Shown piece after piece: positions 1 through 12,884 of a stretch of 64,000 nt of DNA (the stretch's first letter is position 1; each line of letters starts with the position of its first letter). The stretch comes from Octopus vulgaris (lineage: Eukaryota), in assembly GCA_951406725.2 (NCBI GenBank), contig OX597815.1:197842001-197906000 (forward strand), written 5' to 3'. Under the pieces are notes generated by a model that was not told the origin of the DNA, made no database searches, and was given only the letters and a program-made list of their open reading frames with translations. The position numbers and the translations under genes were made by a program.

Positions 1-200
1 CGATCCCTATTATTCATTCCCCCCCTTTTTTAACCCCTCCCTTTTTTTGTCCTTTTTCTTTCCTTTTACGATCCCTTTTGATCAAAAACCACCACTCTCT
101 TTTTTTTACCCCCAAAAGAAAAGCTCTACCTTGTAATTTGTTCTATCTGTGTGCAGCCCTGTGTTGCTAATAAAGAAACATATCTATCTATCAATCTATC
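1..200 (+). mobile_element. Probable 3' end (3'UTR, AATAAA, (TATC)n tail) of a non-LTR retrotransposon
   Basis: Pyrimidine-rich stretch ending ...TCTGTGTGCAGCCCTGTGTTGCTAATAAAGAAACATA then (TATC)n; this end resembles the tail of SINE family B in the window. Confidence 0.5.
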
Positions 201-994
201 TGTAGAAACTGCACTGTCTATGAACGTATCCTGTTGTTTAGAAACCATTCTTAACTCCTACAAGTGAGACACTGCTTTCGTTACAGGGTAACGTTGCGTA
301 GTGTTTGCAATTATTAGTACGAATGATGTGTTTAATCATATATATGTAATATGAAGCAAGTGTCTCGAACGACACAGTTACCCCTGTTTATCTTTTAATT
401 CTTATCCTTACATTACCGTCTTGTCATATGCACCTTAAATATATTCTTAAGATTAATTTCTTACAATTGATTATAGACAATATAGATAAAACAGGAAAAA
501 ATATTTATTAACGTACTTATGGCCGTCATAATGACATTCTGAAATGCGCTGTTATCTATGCATTTCAAATATGAGCATACGCGCATGAAGCACATTATAG
601 TCATGTTTTATGTGCTAACGAGATTCACGTAACATCCTAATAGCTTGGAGAAAGATTATACCTAGCATACAGAATTAGAATTATGTTACCTGAGACGGAA
701 TATGCTGCAATGCAAATGCTTTACAAACATGTTTCTATGTATCCATGTTAGGTTTTAGACTACACAAATAACATAACAGTGCATGCACAACATTTGTTCC
801 CGGACAATTAACGATTGCATAACAATCAGCTTTATAAATGCCTATTGGGGAATATATACACGTCTTAGAGTTTGTTTATCATTCTGTTTTTATGTATGTG
901 TTCGCATACCAATGACTTGTTTATAGCGATGAAATGTTCATGCTGCACAAACTAAGACAAAAAGACACGCAAACACATAGAATATAACTATACG

Positions 995-1126
995 TATATC
1001 CGACAGGCTTCTTTTAGTTTCCGTCAACCAAAGCCACTCACAATACTTTGCTCAACCCGAGACGATAGTAAACTGAACACTGAACCATGCGGTTGGGGAA
1101 CAAACTTCTTACTACACGCCTGCGTT
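995..1126 (-). mobile_element. tRNA-derived SINE family A, degenerate 5' half
   Basis: Reverse complement matches the copies at 17426 and 22565. Confidence 0.75.
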
Positions 1127-2699
1127 TATAATTAACAAATATATATAATTTGCTAAAATTCTTTTAATATTTGTAACATCATGCCTCTAGTATTTGACTA
1201 ATTTATCTGTAGTCTCTGTTGTTTTAGTCCCATGCAAAGTAATAAATAAACATTTGTATGTCAATTTATATTCCATTTTTTATACTATTTGAGTTAACTA
1301 GAGTAAGCAAATTAATATACATAGCGTAATAAAACTTTACTATAAATAATTGCATATTTCAGCGTATGCGGCAAATGGCGGTACATTTACATCGAGTACT
1401 CAACTTTAAATCTAAAGAAGATTAAATTATATATCCCCTTGCAAATATATTTTACATGCAGATTTACCGAGTTCGTCATCTTGGTATTGAAGCCATTGTT
1501 TCGAAACATCTGATATCTCTAGTTTTTCAGAAGTGAAACTCCCCAAAATCCCAAACCGTAATCAATATTAAATCGAATCCACGGATATCATTCTTAATCA
1601 ACGAAAATATTCTTATGTGAATTGCTGAAATGAGTGTCCACGTATATAAATGCCTTGCAATGTGATCAGGTTCCGATCGTTTTCGCATTCGAATTGCCAT
1701 ACAGAATATAAAAAATTTAGCGTGATATATAAGGAAAAAGCCAACAAACATCACATAATTCAGAAAATAATCTTATAAGATATAGGAATGTATTAAAATG
1801 CTATTGCTTTAATATATTGAATCATCTCATAAATATATATTGAATCAGCTCATCCGTAAAAAAAAAACTCTCAACATAATTAGCCTTTCACAAATATTCC
1901 AAAGATATACTAAATTCAGTTTTCGTTGGATGTATGAAACAAAATTCAAAATCTCTTGGTAGAACGTAAGTTTATTGATTGCTCACAAAATAAACTTAAT
2001 TGAAAATTAATAGTTGTATATGTCGTATGAAAAGATGATACAGTAACCGGCTGACTGAATGAAAAGTTAAATGGAAAACATCCAATTGAAGTGACCTATA
2101 TATTTATTCGGTTTCTGAAAACAGACAGAAATGCGTTCTCCTCAAACAGATGGATTAATGTTTCAGATGAAAATTCTTCTACGTTTGATTCTGTAATTGA
2201 GTTATCAACCACATAATAAACGTAGGCTGATATTCGGTTTTATATATTCTTATACCGCAGTATCCGAAACTGTAGACTGCTATGGTTTTAAGTGAACAGA
2301 GTTTGAAAATAGTTTGAACACAAGATGAAATCTAACATAAATTGAAACCCTACTGATTAGATAATTACGTTGCGTATTCAGTAAAAATAAAAATGATGTA
2401 TAAATGTGTACACAACAGGGAAATATTTACTTCTAAACTAATCTAGAAACAGGTGTGCGTGAAGCAAAATTTGGAATTACGTATTGTTTGTACATAAAGA
2501 TATCTCTTCTGGAGACGAATGTATTCCGTTATAAATGTGAACTGCATCACTTTACGTACCTCATGAACGTACAAAGAATGAATACACTATATAATCCTTG
2601 GCAAAGCATTGAATGCAGTCATGATATATTCATCGAGTTAATAGACGTCCATTGTGCACATATTTCTGTGTGTGTTGAGTTTTTGCATATATGTGTTCA

Positions 2700-2834
2700 T
2701 ATATATATACACTATGTATATATATATGTATATATATATACATATATATATAGATATATATATACATATGTATATATATATATGTATATATATATACATA
2801 TATATATATACATATATATAAAAATACACATATA

Positions 2835-2904
<70 letters not shown>

Positions 2905-2940
2905 ATTCATGCACACACACACACAGATATATATATGTAT
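2700..2940. repeat. (TA)n-rich microsatellite with (CA) patch
   Basis: Directly visible; source of the YIYI ORFs. Confidence 0.95.
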
Positions 2941-3181
2941 GAATCTGGTTTTGAAAAGGCTCGCTTCGAGAGTTGCATTCCTTCGCGTTCGGTACAATGT
3001 GTTTATTATGATAGTTTTGACTTGAAGGGTCCTTCCTAGCGTGTGGCATTTATGTATAGTAATGCCCTTAATATAAATGAATATATATAAAAGGAATAAT
3101 GAATGAATTTTTCCCTTATGAGGTTTTTCACGCTAACTACTCGATAAATTCTTATAAGGATTTTATCCTATTTCTTAATTA

Positions 3182-3264
<83 letters not shown>

Positions 3265-3284
3265 TATGTGTGTGCATATGTTTG

Positions 3285-3480
3285 TGTATCTGTGTTTGGC
3301 CCCAACATCGCTTGTCGACCGATGCTGGTGTCTTTACGTCCCCTTAAGTTAGCAGTTCGTCATGTTCTATGCTTACAAAGAATATGTTCTGCTTACAAAG
3401 AATTTGCTCGACTAAACGCGGTGCTCCAGCATAGCCATAATGAAATGACTGAAACAAGTAAAAGAATAAAAGAATAAAAG
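3285..3480 (+). mobile_element. SINE family A, 3' half
   Basis: CCAACATCGCTTG..GATGCTGGTGT..GCTCCAGCAT..AATGACTGAAACAAGTAAAAGAATAAAAG, as in 17640-17799. Confidence 0.8.
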
Positions 3481-3692
3481 TATGTATATGATATTATTAT
3501 AAATTTAGGATTTTACCAATAGGGCCACAACTTCAATCTCAGGAGAGCCTTTTTTTCTGGAGTGCAATAGAAAGTTATATAACATAAGCATTTTAAAGCC
3601 TACTATAACGTACAATAAAACAAAGTATATTAGAATTAATTATAAATTATTTAAACATTTAAACATATATTAAAAAAAATATATTACTTATC

Positions 3693-4070
3693 TGCTATTA
3701 GTCTGTGCCGAATATATATATATATAAATTTCGAAGGGAATGAAAAATATAAACATCTGCCATCTATCACCTGGACGATGGTTTCGAGTTCTAAATTAGA
3801 AAATAAAATAATTTAGTCGGTGGAGCTCTCATCTGTAGGGACGCCAAGATTAATATATAAATACGAGGCAATGCAGTATATATATACTGCATTGCCTCGT
3901 ATTTATATATTAATCTTGGCGTCCCTACAGATGAGAGCTCCACCGACTAAATTATTTTATTTTCTAATTTAGAACTCGAAACCATCGTCCAGGTGATAGA
4001 TGGCAGATGTTTATATTTTTCATTCCCTTCGAAATTTATATATATATATATTCGGCACAGACTAATAGCA
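3693..4070. repeat. Perfect 378-bp palindrome (189-bp arms, no spacer) with a degenerate hammerhead-like motif in each arm
   Basis: Base-by-base reverse complement around 3881/3882; no mismatch found by eye. Confidence 0.95.
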
Positions 4071-4172
4071 TTCCCTTCGAAATTTATCTCTAATAGTGGT
4101 TTGGATTTTGGCTTCTCATTCTAGCGTGCTAGGTGTCCTATGATAGTCACCTCCTATGTGTTTAAATGTAAA

Positions 4173-4211
<39 letters not shown>

Positions 4212-4280
4212 TAAAACCGGTAAGATAACAAAAGAAAGCAATAGACCTCAATATTATGTAAATAGAGAAAATTTATCTAT

Positions 4281-4419
4281 AAATTATATGTCACAATTAC
4301 TCAAAGTCAAGATAAAATACTGAGTTTCAGATGCCGAAGTGGAAATCCACAACACCATCTCTTCGGTTATCTGAAACTCAGAGTTTTATCTTGACTTTGA
4401 GTAATTGTAATATATAATT

Positions 4420-4420
<1 letters not shown>
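4281..4420. repeat. Fold-back (about 59-bp arms, about 21-nt loop) between (TA)n tracts; Penelope pLTR-like
   Basis: ACAATTACTCAAAGTCAAGATAAAA..TGAGTTTCAGAT versus ATCTGAAACTCA..TTTTATCTTGACTTTGAGTAATTGT. Confidence 0.85.
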
Positions 4421-4502
<82 letters not shown>

Positions 4503-5846
4503 GAAAGCTGGTATATATATATATATATGTATATATATTCATATACATATATATTTGCACGCATAATATGCATACACATATAAATGTGTGTGTATGTATG
4601 TATGTATATGTCTGAGATTGTATGTCTGATTGAGAGTCTATATATATGAATGTATCAGTTAACATGCAATCAGATTCAGACGAAAAATTGACACGGAGAT
4701 ATAAGCAGCATTGTGAAAACTTTTAAAAGAAATGTGGACAAAATTTTGAGATTGAAGTAGTTACACAAAGTATCAAATTTCTTCATTCCGTTGGTTTTTC
4801 ATTAAAACTGAATCGGATATGTCTAAAAGGACACCGTATATTTATTAATTGTGACAGTCGAACTTCATTAAATGTTATGTGCTCTTGTTTCTAACGAATG
4901 GATTTATTGTGTCTTTAATATCTGCGTCAATTTTCATTTCCTGTATCATACAAAAATAATACTAAAATTTCTTTGATGCTGTAGTATGTAAAACTGATAT
5001 ATTGTACCGTTTAATTTTATTAAGGTATAAAAATATTTGTGAAATTATTTTTCGTTTCTAAATAATGATTAAAACCATCAATAATCGAAACACTGAATAC
5101 AATTTGTTGATTTTTTTTCAATGTATTTATGTCTATATATACGAATGTTGAGGTCTATATATGTGAATACTGCAAACAGGCAGTATATAGTATAGTGTTT
5201 GAAGCAGGAGAATCTTGCTTCACATTTTCCCAACATAAACAAAAAATGCATTATAAATATAATATAACATGTATATAAATATGATATATTCATATGATTA
5301 AATCCAAGGGAGCATTTAATTGTTTTGGTATAGCAGGAAATATAATGAAGTTTCATATGAATGTATGATATATACACATATATCTGTGTGTGTATGTGTG
5401 TGTACGTATGTGCGTTTTTGTATGTGTTTGTGTATCTGCCTGCGAGCGCGTGGGTGTAAATATATATCGAGCTTAAAAAAGAAGCAATACGAGTTACTGC
5501 AGGATCATACGAGTGGAATTACGTTGACATTATAATAGATTATATGATGTGCAATATCTATGATACACGGCATAGGAAAGGTAGGTTCTCGTAATAAATT
5601 TAACATGTAATGTAAGATTGCAACTGTTTAGAAATTTTCAAAAAAGAATGATATAAAATTACATATAAATGATTAAGACCCAGTCTATCTGTCAGAAATA
5701 TTTATTCACACTCATATATTAAAGCTATGCATGTTAGACTCATACGCTCATATGCAGTAAAAACCACTCTCGCATAAATATATATATGAATGTGCCGTTT
5801 CATTGCACTCAAAAAGTAAAGTAATCTATGTATATATATATATATA

Positions 5847-6073
5847 TCACGTGATCACGTGACCGACCAGACAATCAGATGTTGTTACATATCGCTGGTC
5901 ACAATGCGCTTCGCATTGTTTTACCCTTCGAATGACGCCACCCCCTGCCGGAGCCTCGTGGAGCTTTTAGGTGTTTTCGCTCAATAAACACACACAACGC
6001 CCGGTCTGGGAATCGAAACCGCGATCCTGCGACCGCGAGTCCTCTGCCCTAACCACTGGGTCATTTCGCCTCC
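5847..6073 (-). mobile_element. tRNA(Arg)-like-head SINE family C
   Basis: Reverse complement GGAGGCGAAATGACCCAGTGGTTAGGGC..GACTCGCGGTC..GGTTTCGATTCCC, with A and B boxes. Confidence 0.85.
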
Positions 6074-6207
6074 ACATATATATATATATATATATGTATA
6101 TATGTCTGTCTGTCTGTATGTATGTATGTATGTAAGTATGTATGTATCTATGTATCTATGTATGTATGTATGTATGTATGTGTATAGACACACACACACA
6201 CATATAA

Positions 6208-7106
6208 ACATTGTGCAATGAGTAAATTGTCGCCATTTTATAAATTTAAATTTGCGCGTTGATTCATTTTGTTTTTTCGACTACACAATATAGTAATAGA
6301 GTCTATTAGGCACCGTCTCCGAGAGAAACAGCAACATGAGGCAATTCACTCTGCTAGTAAATTGAAAGCAACATGCTGTACTGCCTGGTGTTCGCGCCGA
6401 AAACTCCAATACGAACATTACAGAGTTCTTTGGGTGTTAATCTGAGCTCCGTGCACAGGATTCGGAAAGAGTTGGATGTGCCCAATGGTGATTACGTAGT
6501 TACCTATCCTCGGAAAACTCACTTTGATCGTTCTTGATAAAAAAAAGAACTCCTGAATTCGTTGGAGTGATCCAGGCCATGATTGACAACAAAGCATCCA
6601 AGTCAATCAGGTTTATCATCTGGGACATGTGAAAGTATCAGCGTCTTATCAGGCAGGCAGTGCATAATAACATTCGGTATTCCGCACACAATATGAAAAA
6701 GGGTCAATGCATATCTCAAAGTATCAAGACGAAGATCAGATGACGAACACACAGAACAACCGTTGGCTTGCTGCATCCCCAAAGCATGTACCGAGAGTGA
6801 TAAATTTCAAGCATCCAGTCAACATCATGGAGTTTTGATTGACAGTTCGTGATGCCGAATTTATACCTCTATTCATCTTCCCACACACCCTCACACACAA
6901 CACGGAGTTCTAAATCAAATGCCTGGTGGAGATTAAGCTGCCCTGTGTAAAGAGGGTGGCTGCTGGCAGAACCCATAATGGCAAAAGGACTCTTTAATAT
7001 TTCAAGATATTTTGATGTAATTTTGGTAAATATATCTGTTAAAATGAGATGGCAGTGATATTTTCACTTTTGCGCAATTCAGACTACAATTCATTCACAG
7101 CAAGCC

Positions 7107-7107
<1 letters not shown>
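6208..7107 (+). pseudogene. Decayed, internally deleted Tc1/mariner (DD37D/maT-like) transposon
   Basis: Translation from about 6740: NTQNNRWLAASPKHVPRVINFKHPVNIM..FIFPH..IKCLVE..LP.VKRVAAGR; stops and frameshifts; boundaries approximate. Confidence 0.8.
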
Positions 7108-7152
<45 letters not shown>

Positions 7153-7165
7153 CTTCCTGTTAGTA

Positions 7166-7226
7166 TATGAGAGATAATGGGGACAAGAAGATCCAAAGGG
7201 TCTTCTTGGCACCATTACCTCTCATA
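7166..7226. repeat. 61-nt imperfect hairpin next to (TA)n
   Basis: TATGAGAGATAATGGGGACAAGAAGATCC / GGGTCTTCTTGGCACCATTACCTCTCATA. Confidence 0.8.
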
Positions 7227-7350
7227 ACCTCAATATGTATGTATGTATATATATATGATTAATAAAATAGATGGAATGTGTAATATATTTTGTTGGGCAC
7301 AAAACATGTTTCAAGCTGACTCAAGAAATGAAATCTCTAGTGAGACTCTC

Positions 7351-7400
7351 TATTGATGTACGTGAGGAAACCCAGAAAGGGTCGAAACATGTACCCAATA
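7351..7400 (+). ncRNA. Minimal hammerhead ribozyme-like motif (variant core) in a diverged inverted repeat spanning about 7258-7436
   Basis: TATTG..C-GTGAGGA-A-ACCC-AGAAA-GGGT-C-GAAA-CATG-TA-CCCAATA: stem II ACCC/GGGT and palindromic CATG loop; C3 not canonical. Confidence 0.55.
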
Positions 7401-9052
7401 AAGTCTATTACAAATTTCATCTCCTATATTATTAATGCTGTTGCCCCAGCCGCCACTACGAAGTTCCTGCAGTAAATCTACGGTTAACAACAGGTAATTG
7501 AATTTGTGCCGGTGGTTTACTCAACATCCATTTATACATTTTGTACAATTTCTCAATTATGTATATGAATAACTGAAAAGAACAATATAAACTACGTTGC
7601 TAATAGAAATATTCGTGACTTCTCGGTCAATCGTTTTAGATCAATTTGTTTTGACAGCATAGGCACTTAAAATTTAGAATTTTGGTATTTCCCATTGTCT
7701 AATTTAACTAAGATCTTATATTGTTGGGAAATGTAAATTGAAATATCTAAAATTGGTATCAACTGTGAGTTATAAAATATCACAGAAGTTCCAAGGAAAC
7801 AGTAGATTAGTAAGCATTATTGTACGTATAGTGAACACCACCCTACGTGTAGTGAACATTACTCTGAAAAATCACAGAAATAATTACTTTCATATCCTAC
7901 ATTCATGTGAATTTAAGCAGCTATTTCTGAGTTTTCAGTAGTTTTAAATAATATATATGAGACGTTTATCATAATATGAAGTCTAATACTTTAAATTAAG
8001 AGACAATTATAGGCGGCAAATTATAGAAGGCATAGCACAATCGTACACCGAAAAGACCCTTAACTATCTTTAATTAACCATAGGAAAGGCGCTATGAAAA
8101 GATAGAAAAGCTCCTGGAATAATTCCATTTGACAGACTAGTGAAAATTAATCTTATGTAGCTATTACTATATGATCAGAGTGACTACATTATTTTTCGTC
8201 TGGAAGCCACTTGTAAAATTATGTGCAGCTATATCCTGAAACATCCTGCAGATTTTATGTATATTTTATGTACCTTTATGTGGCAAAAATGCAAAGGAGG
8301 GGAAAATCTATTTAAATATTTTGGTAAAAGTACATGAAAATTAAAAGCGATTTATTGTTAAATACTATGTACAATTTTCTCAGGTATGCAAAACAATTTA
8401 TTGGATAAATTGTACGAAAAATCACTTAATCATTAGGTTAACATTGTGTGATTCCTTTCATTCCGGAAAACTGTCTCGATTCAGTACAATAGTACAATTC
8501 ATGAACCATACAGAGACGCCATTTCACGTACGATTTGTTGTGACGAACGGCTATTCACAAATTAAGGCAACAAGAATATTAACAAATTTGTGAACGTCTG
8601 TTGAAGAATTTCAGCTGTTAACTTCATTTCTTAATAGCCGAAGATGAAAAAAGAAATCTCTTTCAAGTAGTTTATTGGCAATATCCAATAGTAAAAAAGG
8701 GATAACAATGACTGAATACATTGGCAACAATGCAAATGTCTTCAAATAAGCCTAAATGATGTTGGTTTAAACTTAGATATGTGAGCGTACATACAAACCC
8801 GCATATACACACACACACACACATTCATATAAACACACAGATACAGATATACATGCGCATGTACAAATATTTGTAATTGTATGTCTATATCATTCCATAC
8901 ACACATAGATTCACACACGAGTAGACTTTATGTGTGTACAACTGTGTACATGTACTTTGGTGGAAATAGCTTAGATTGAAATTCGCAAAGACTATACAAC
9001 ACAAGTAGTAATATACACAAGCAACAAAGTTCTTAGTTGAGAAAGTAGTGTA

Positions 9053-9106
<54 letters not shown>

Positions 9107-9469
9107 CTCCCCTGTTTTAATTATTTATAACCTTCCCCTGAATCACATACGAATGTGAAATGTAGATAACACGAACAATCTCACATCTTTAACTTGAGAA
9201 AAGTCTTGCATTTCTTTTAACGTTCCACTTACAGATTTTATTTGTAATGTGACAGTAAGCTGGTTGATTCTTTTTCTGAAGCCCTACCTAAGCCAGACTG
9301 TCACATAACCTTTGGTCCCCCGTCGGTCATGGCTGACCATAGATGATGTCATCCGCCCGTTGAGTTGTCTATTCAGTTTTTGCAACGCCTCCTGTGTCTG
9401 TAGAGACCGATACAAGAGTGGCAGTCTCGCTTGAATCTCGTCTGTAACAGTCACATAACCATACACTCA

Positions 9470-10600
9470 CAAAAGCAAGTGCACCTGTTTTTACTGGTAT
9501 AAATGTAAATTTGTAGACCGGATATGAAATGTAGCTGTTTCGAAACAGTTGTCCATATTTATTCTCTGCCTCTTTATTTTTAAAGAGATATTCACATATT
9601 TGTCCTAGCTGATTTCTATTACCGTTCACAATTTTTCTTTTCCGTCGGAAACAATAATATCAGGTCTGCTATGCTTATATTTGACAGATGTTTCGATGGT
9701 AATTTTCCAACTTATTCCTTGTATTTATGTTTGTATATGTTTTCAGTAACAAGGGCGTCTTCTATATTTATTTCAGGACAATTTTGTTTACGATTGGCAT
9801 TGTATATTGTTTTTGCGTCAAAGTCGTGTTGCATAGGGAGGTCGCATCTTGATGATAATTTTAGGCAATCTGTGTTTTGTAGTAATCTGTTTTTCTTATA
9901 TTGAAAATGCACAGCCATCGAAATATGGTGCGATGCGGCGGTAACGACTCCAAAAGCGGTTTTGCCTCATTTAGATAATACTGTCTTCTTCAATGCTTCG
10001 AGACGGATAACCGTGTATAGTTTTTTTGAAATATTCTGAGCGATTTGAGGTATGATGATCCGGCTGATTTGGGGTTGTATGTGAGGTCATCAGGAATATA
10101 ATGGATCTTAAGGAGCTCTGCCGACACGTAGGATACTGTTCTCTTCACGTTTTATCATGAAGATGGTGTATTTATATTTGCCGCTTTTGTTTAGCAAGTG
10201 ATGTCTGAGAAAGACATGACATTCGGACGTTTTTTGTCGTTGCCTTCAGGCTTGTGCTGCCTTAATCTCTTCTTAGAGACTGTCGATATCAATGTTTTCG
10301 TGGAGATGTCCAGTTGATGTCAGTATCTTGTGGATTTTAACGCCTCGGGTGCGGATTTCTTCTACAGATCAGTAAAGAATCACAAATGTTGGTATCAACA
10401 CTGGTACGGCAAATGCATTGAGGGATATTGACTTGTAAGAGGAGAGTTACTCCTGTCACATTTTTCTAAGCCTTGTATAATATTCGCGGAACACTCTCTA
10501 TTCACAATACCTTTATGTGATATTTTTTCATGAATGCCTTGCAACATGTAGCTTTCTTTGTGTGGTACACAAAGCAAATCTTGGAGCGAGTAGAGAGTCA
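9470..10600 (-). pseudogene. Highly decayed RLE-type non-LTR retrotransposon (R4/Dong-like), 3' part
   Basis: Minus-strand pieces: KILTSTGHLHENIDIDSL (thumb), C.KLSSR..LPMQHD, W.ITIETSVKYKHSRPDIIV.D..EKL*TVIEIS, ENKYG, FIPVKTGAL; upstream boundary uncertain. Confidence 0.75.
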
Positions 10601-12884
10601 CGGGTCACGGAAAAAGTTTGTGAACGCAACCGAAGAACATTGGCGCACAAACAAATGACGGATTGTTTAACCACTACTTAAACAAATTATCGATCTGATA
10701 GTTGGTTAGATATTCAACTAATTGATAAGTGACGTGGAATTGAAACTGTTCGTGCCTTATTATTTTTGGAGTAATGACACTCCGAAGACGCAGGAATTTT
10801 TATAAAATAATACTTCTGACTAGTTTCTTACTGAATTTTTTAAACATTTCCTCTGCTAGTCAATATGATGTTGCGATACAGTACTACCTGTTGTAGTTAT
10901 CCGATCGTTATTATTAAAATTTAAGTTAAAATTATTTTTATTGTTGGCGTTATTGTTGATGTTACTAGTTTCAATTTAAACATATCTATTCACATAAATA
11001 AATAAAGATTTGTTCAAAACTCATTTGTATTTGCATTGAACTCCTAACTAATTCCTCTTCACTATATAAATAACATTTTTTGTATATAACTTAACCTATA
11101 TTCAAATATTATTGTCAATAAAAATAAGTATGGTCGTTGTAACTGGAACAATGCCCTGAGAATCTAAACAGTAAAGGAGATTATGAATATTTTCAACATT
11201 ATTTATTGAATATAAGTGCACCTATGTATCTTTTCAACAAATAACATTCCATTAATCATATAAGAGCTGGTACAATACTTACAATAAAAAAATAATATAT
11301 AAAGTCATAATTCTTTATACTTTGTACGAAACTTTAGGCCTTATCTCTTAAGCACAAGAATGAATACTGAAAATTATACATTCGAAATTTCTAAGGAGTT
11401 GCACCATGTATGATTTATTTTTAAATGATCAGCTATACAAAAAATAATTTTATGAATATAATTTCCTTGTTAGCCTGTAAAGTAAAATGCTAAGTATATT
11501 TCCTAATTAATATCTGAAATATCAAATTACTGTAGAGTTCGAAGCTCTGATACATAAAACGAATTATCTGAGGGCACACTAAACTAAATACTGGAAGACA
11601 GAAATTGAATATTTCTTATTCAGGTCTTATGCTAATTTTATTTCATTCGTTTTCATAATCTGCCCACAATTTCAGAATAGAATAAACGCACACTGTTAAT
11701 TACCTTTCTGCTTGTTATCCTTAAATTTTTCTAATTGCAGACAAGTTGTACTTAAAAATACTTTGATAATAAATCATATTATTTGTCACTCAATATCAAA
11801 AACACTTCTATTATTTAGTAACATATATTTATATTACAATTACGTAACAAATACAATCTCTCTATGTCAAATGAATATAAAATATAATCTTCGACACTGA
11901 TAAATTGCACAGAGACATTCTGCTTATAGTATACCATAATTTAACTGAAATAAACTTCAAACTATCAAATACTCAACAGATGTAGCGAGTAAAAGGCAGC
12001 ATGGTCGTAATCATACCGAATCAAATGGTCTAAATATATCTAAATCGGAGATGAAAATTTATTGGTAAAAATTTATAATGTAAGCCAGAGATATTATTTC
12101 ACTTATTTTGTAAAGTAATGCGACATAATTTACATAACGTAGCTATCATGTTCAATCCGTTTACAGCGAGTTAAGAAAAGTGGAAAGAAAATTTCACTTG
12201 ATAACGATGAAACTGAAATCTACCGGGAAATATAGTCTGGACAGTTTTCGACTACCGAAGTTTTTCACTAACAGTGATGTTGAAATAATTTCGTTTGTTT
12301 TCTTTCCTATTCCCTTGCGCAGCTAAAACGACATGTTAATTATTCTCTTTCTTGGTACAAACTAGTGCGTAGTTTTGTAATACAGCTTATCAGTATGCCT
12401 ATCAGGAAATTAATACGTTATAGCACAAAATTCAGAATAATACGTTTAAGTGTATTTGTTGAGAAATCAATAAATATATATTAATAAATAAGTGTGTAAA
12501 TCTTTTTTCACGCGTACGTAAAGCTACATATAGACACAGACATATGCACAAACCATCATACAAACAAAGAAAAAGAAAAAATTCATAAATACCAACACCG
12601 ATTTTTATCACAAATAAAACTTTCTTTTTGGCGTTTTGTGTGGAGATATGATGAAATATATTTCATTCTCAACAGTGAAGAAATGAAAAACAACATGATT
12701 TTGTACTTTACACACAATGGATGTACATTACATATAGCTCCTAGTTCTGTATGATGTCATATACTTACATCTCTTCATTCTATACGTTTTGTAATTACAC
12801 ATATGTATATCTATCTATCTGCCTGTCTATATATTATCTATCTATCTTTCTATATATCTAATTTATATATATTCATGTATATTA

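Noticed and set aside
2455-3049. Long ORFs rich in YI, HT, CV or poly-I/N/L/R (also at 27-32 kb, 36 kb, 43-44 kb, 52-53 kb and 60 kb)
   Set aside because: They are translations of microsatellites, with no domain content
9135-9172. CTGAATC-ACAT-ACGA-ATGT-GAAA near (TA)n
   Set aside because: Two core mismatches and no stem I; could be a decayed ribozyme but cannot be supported
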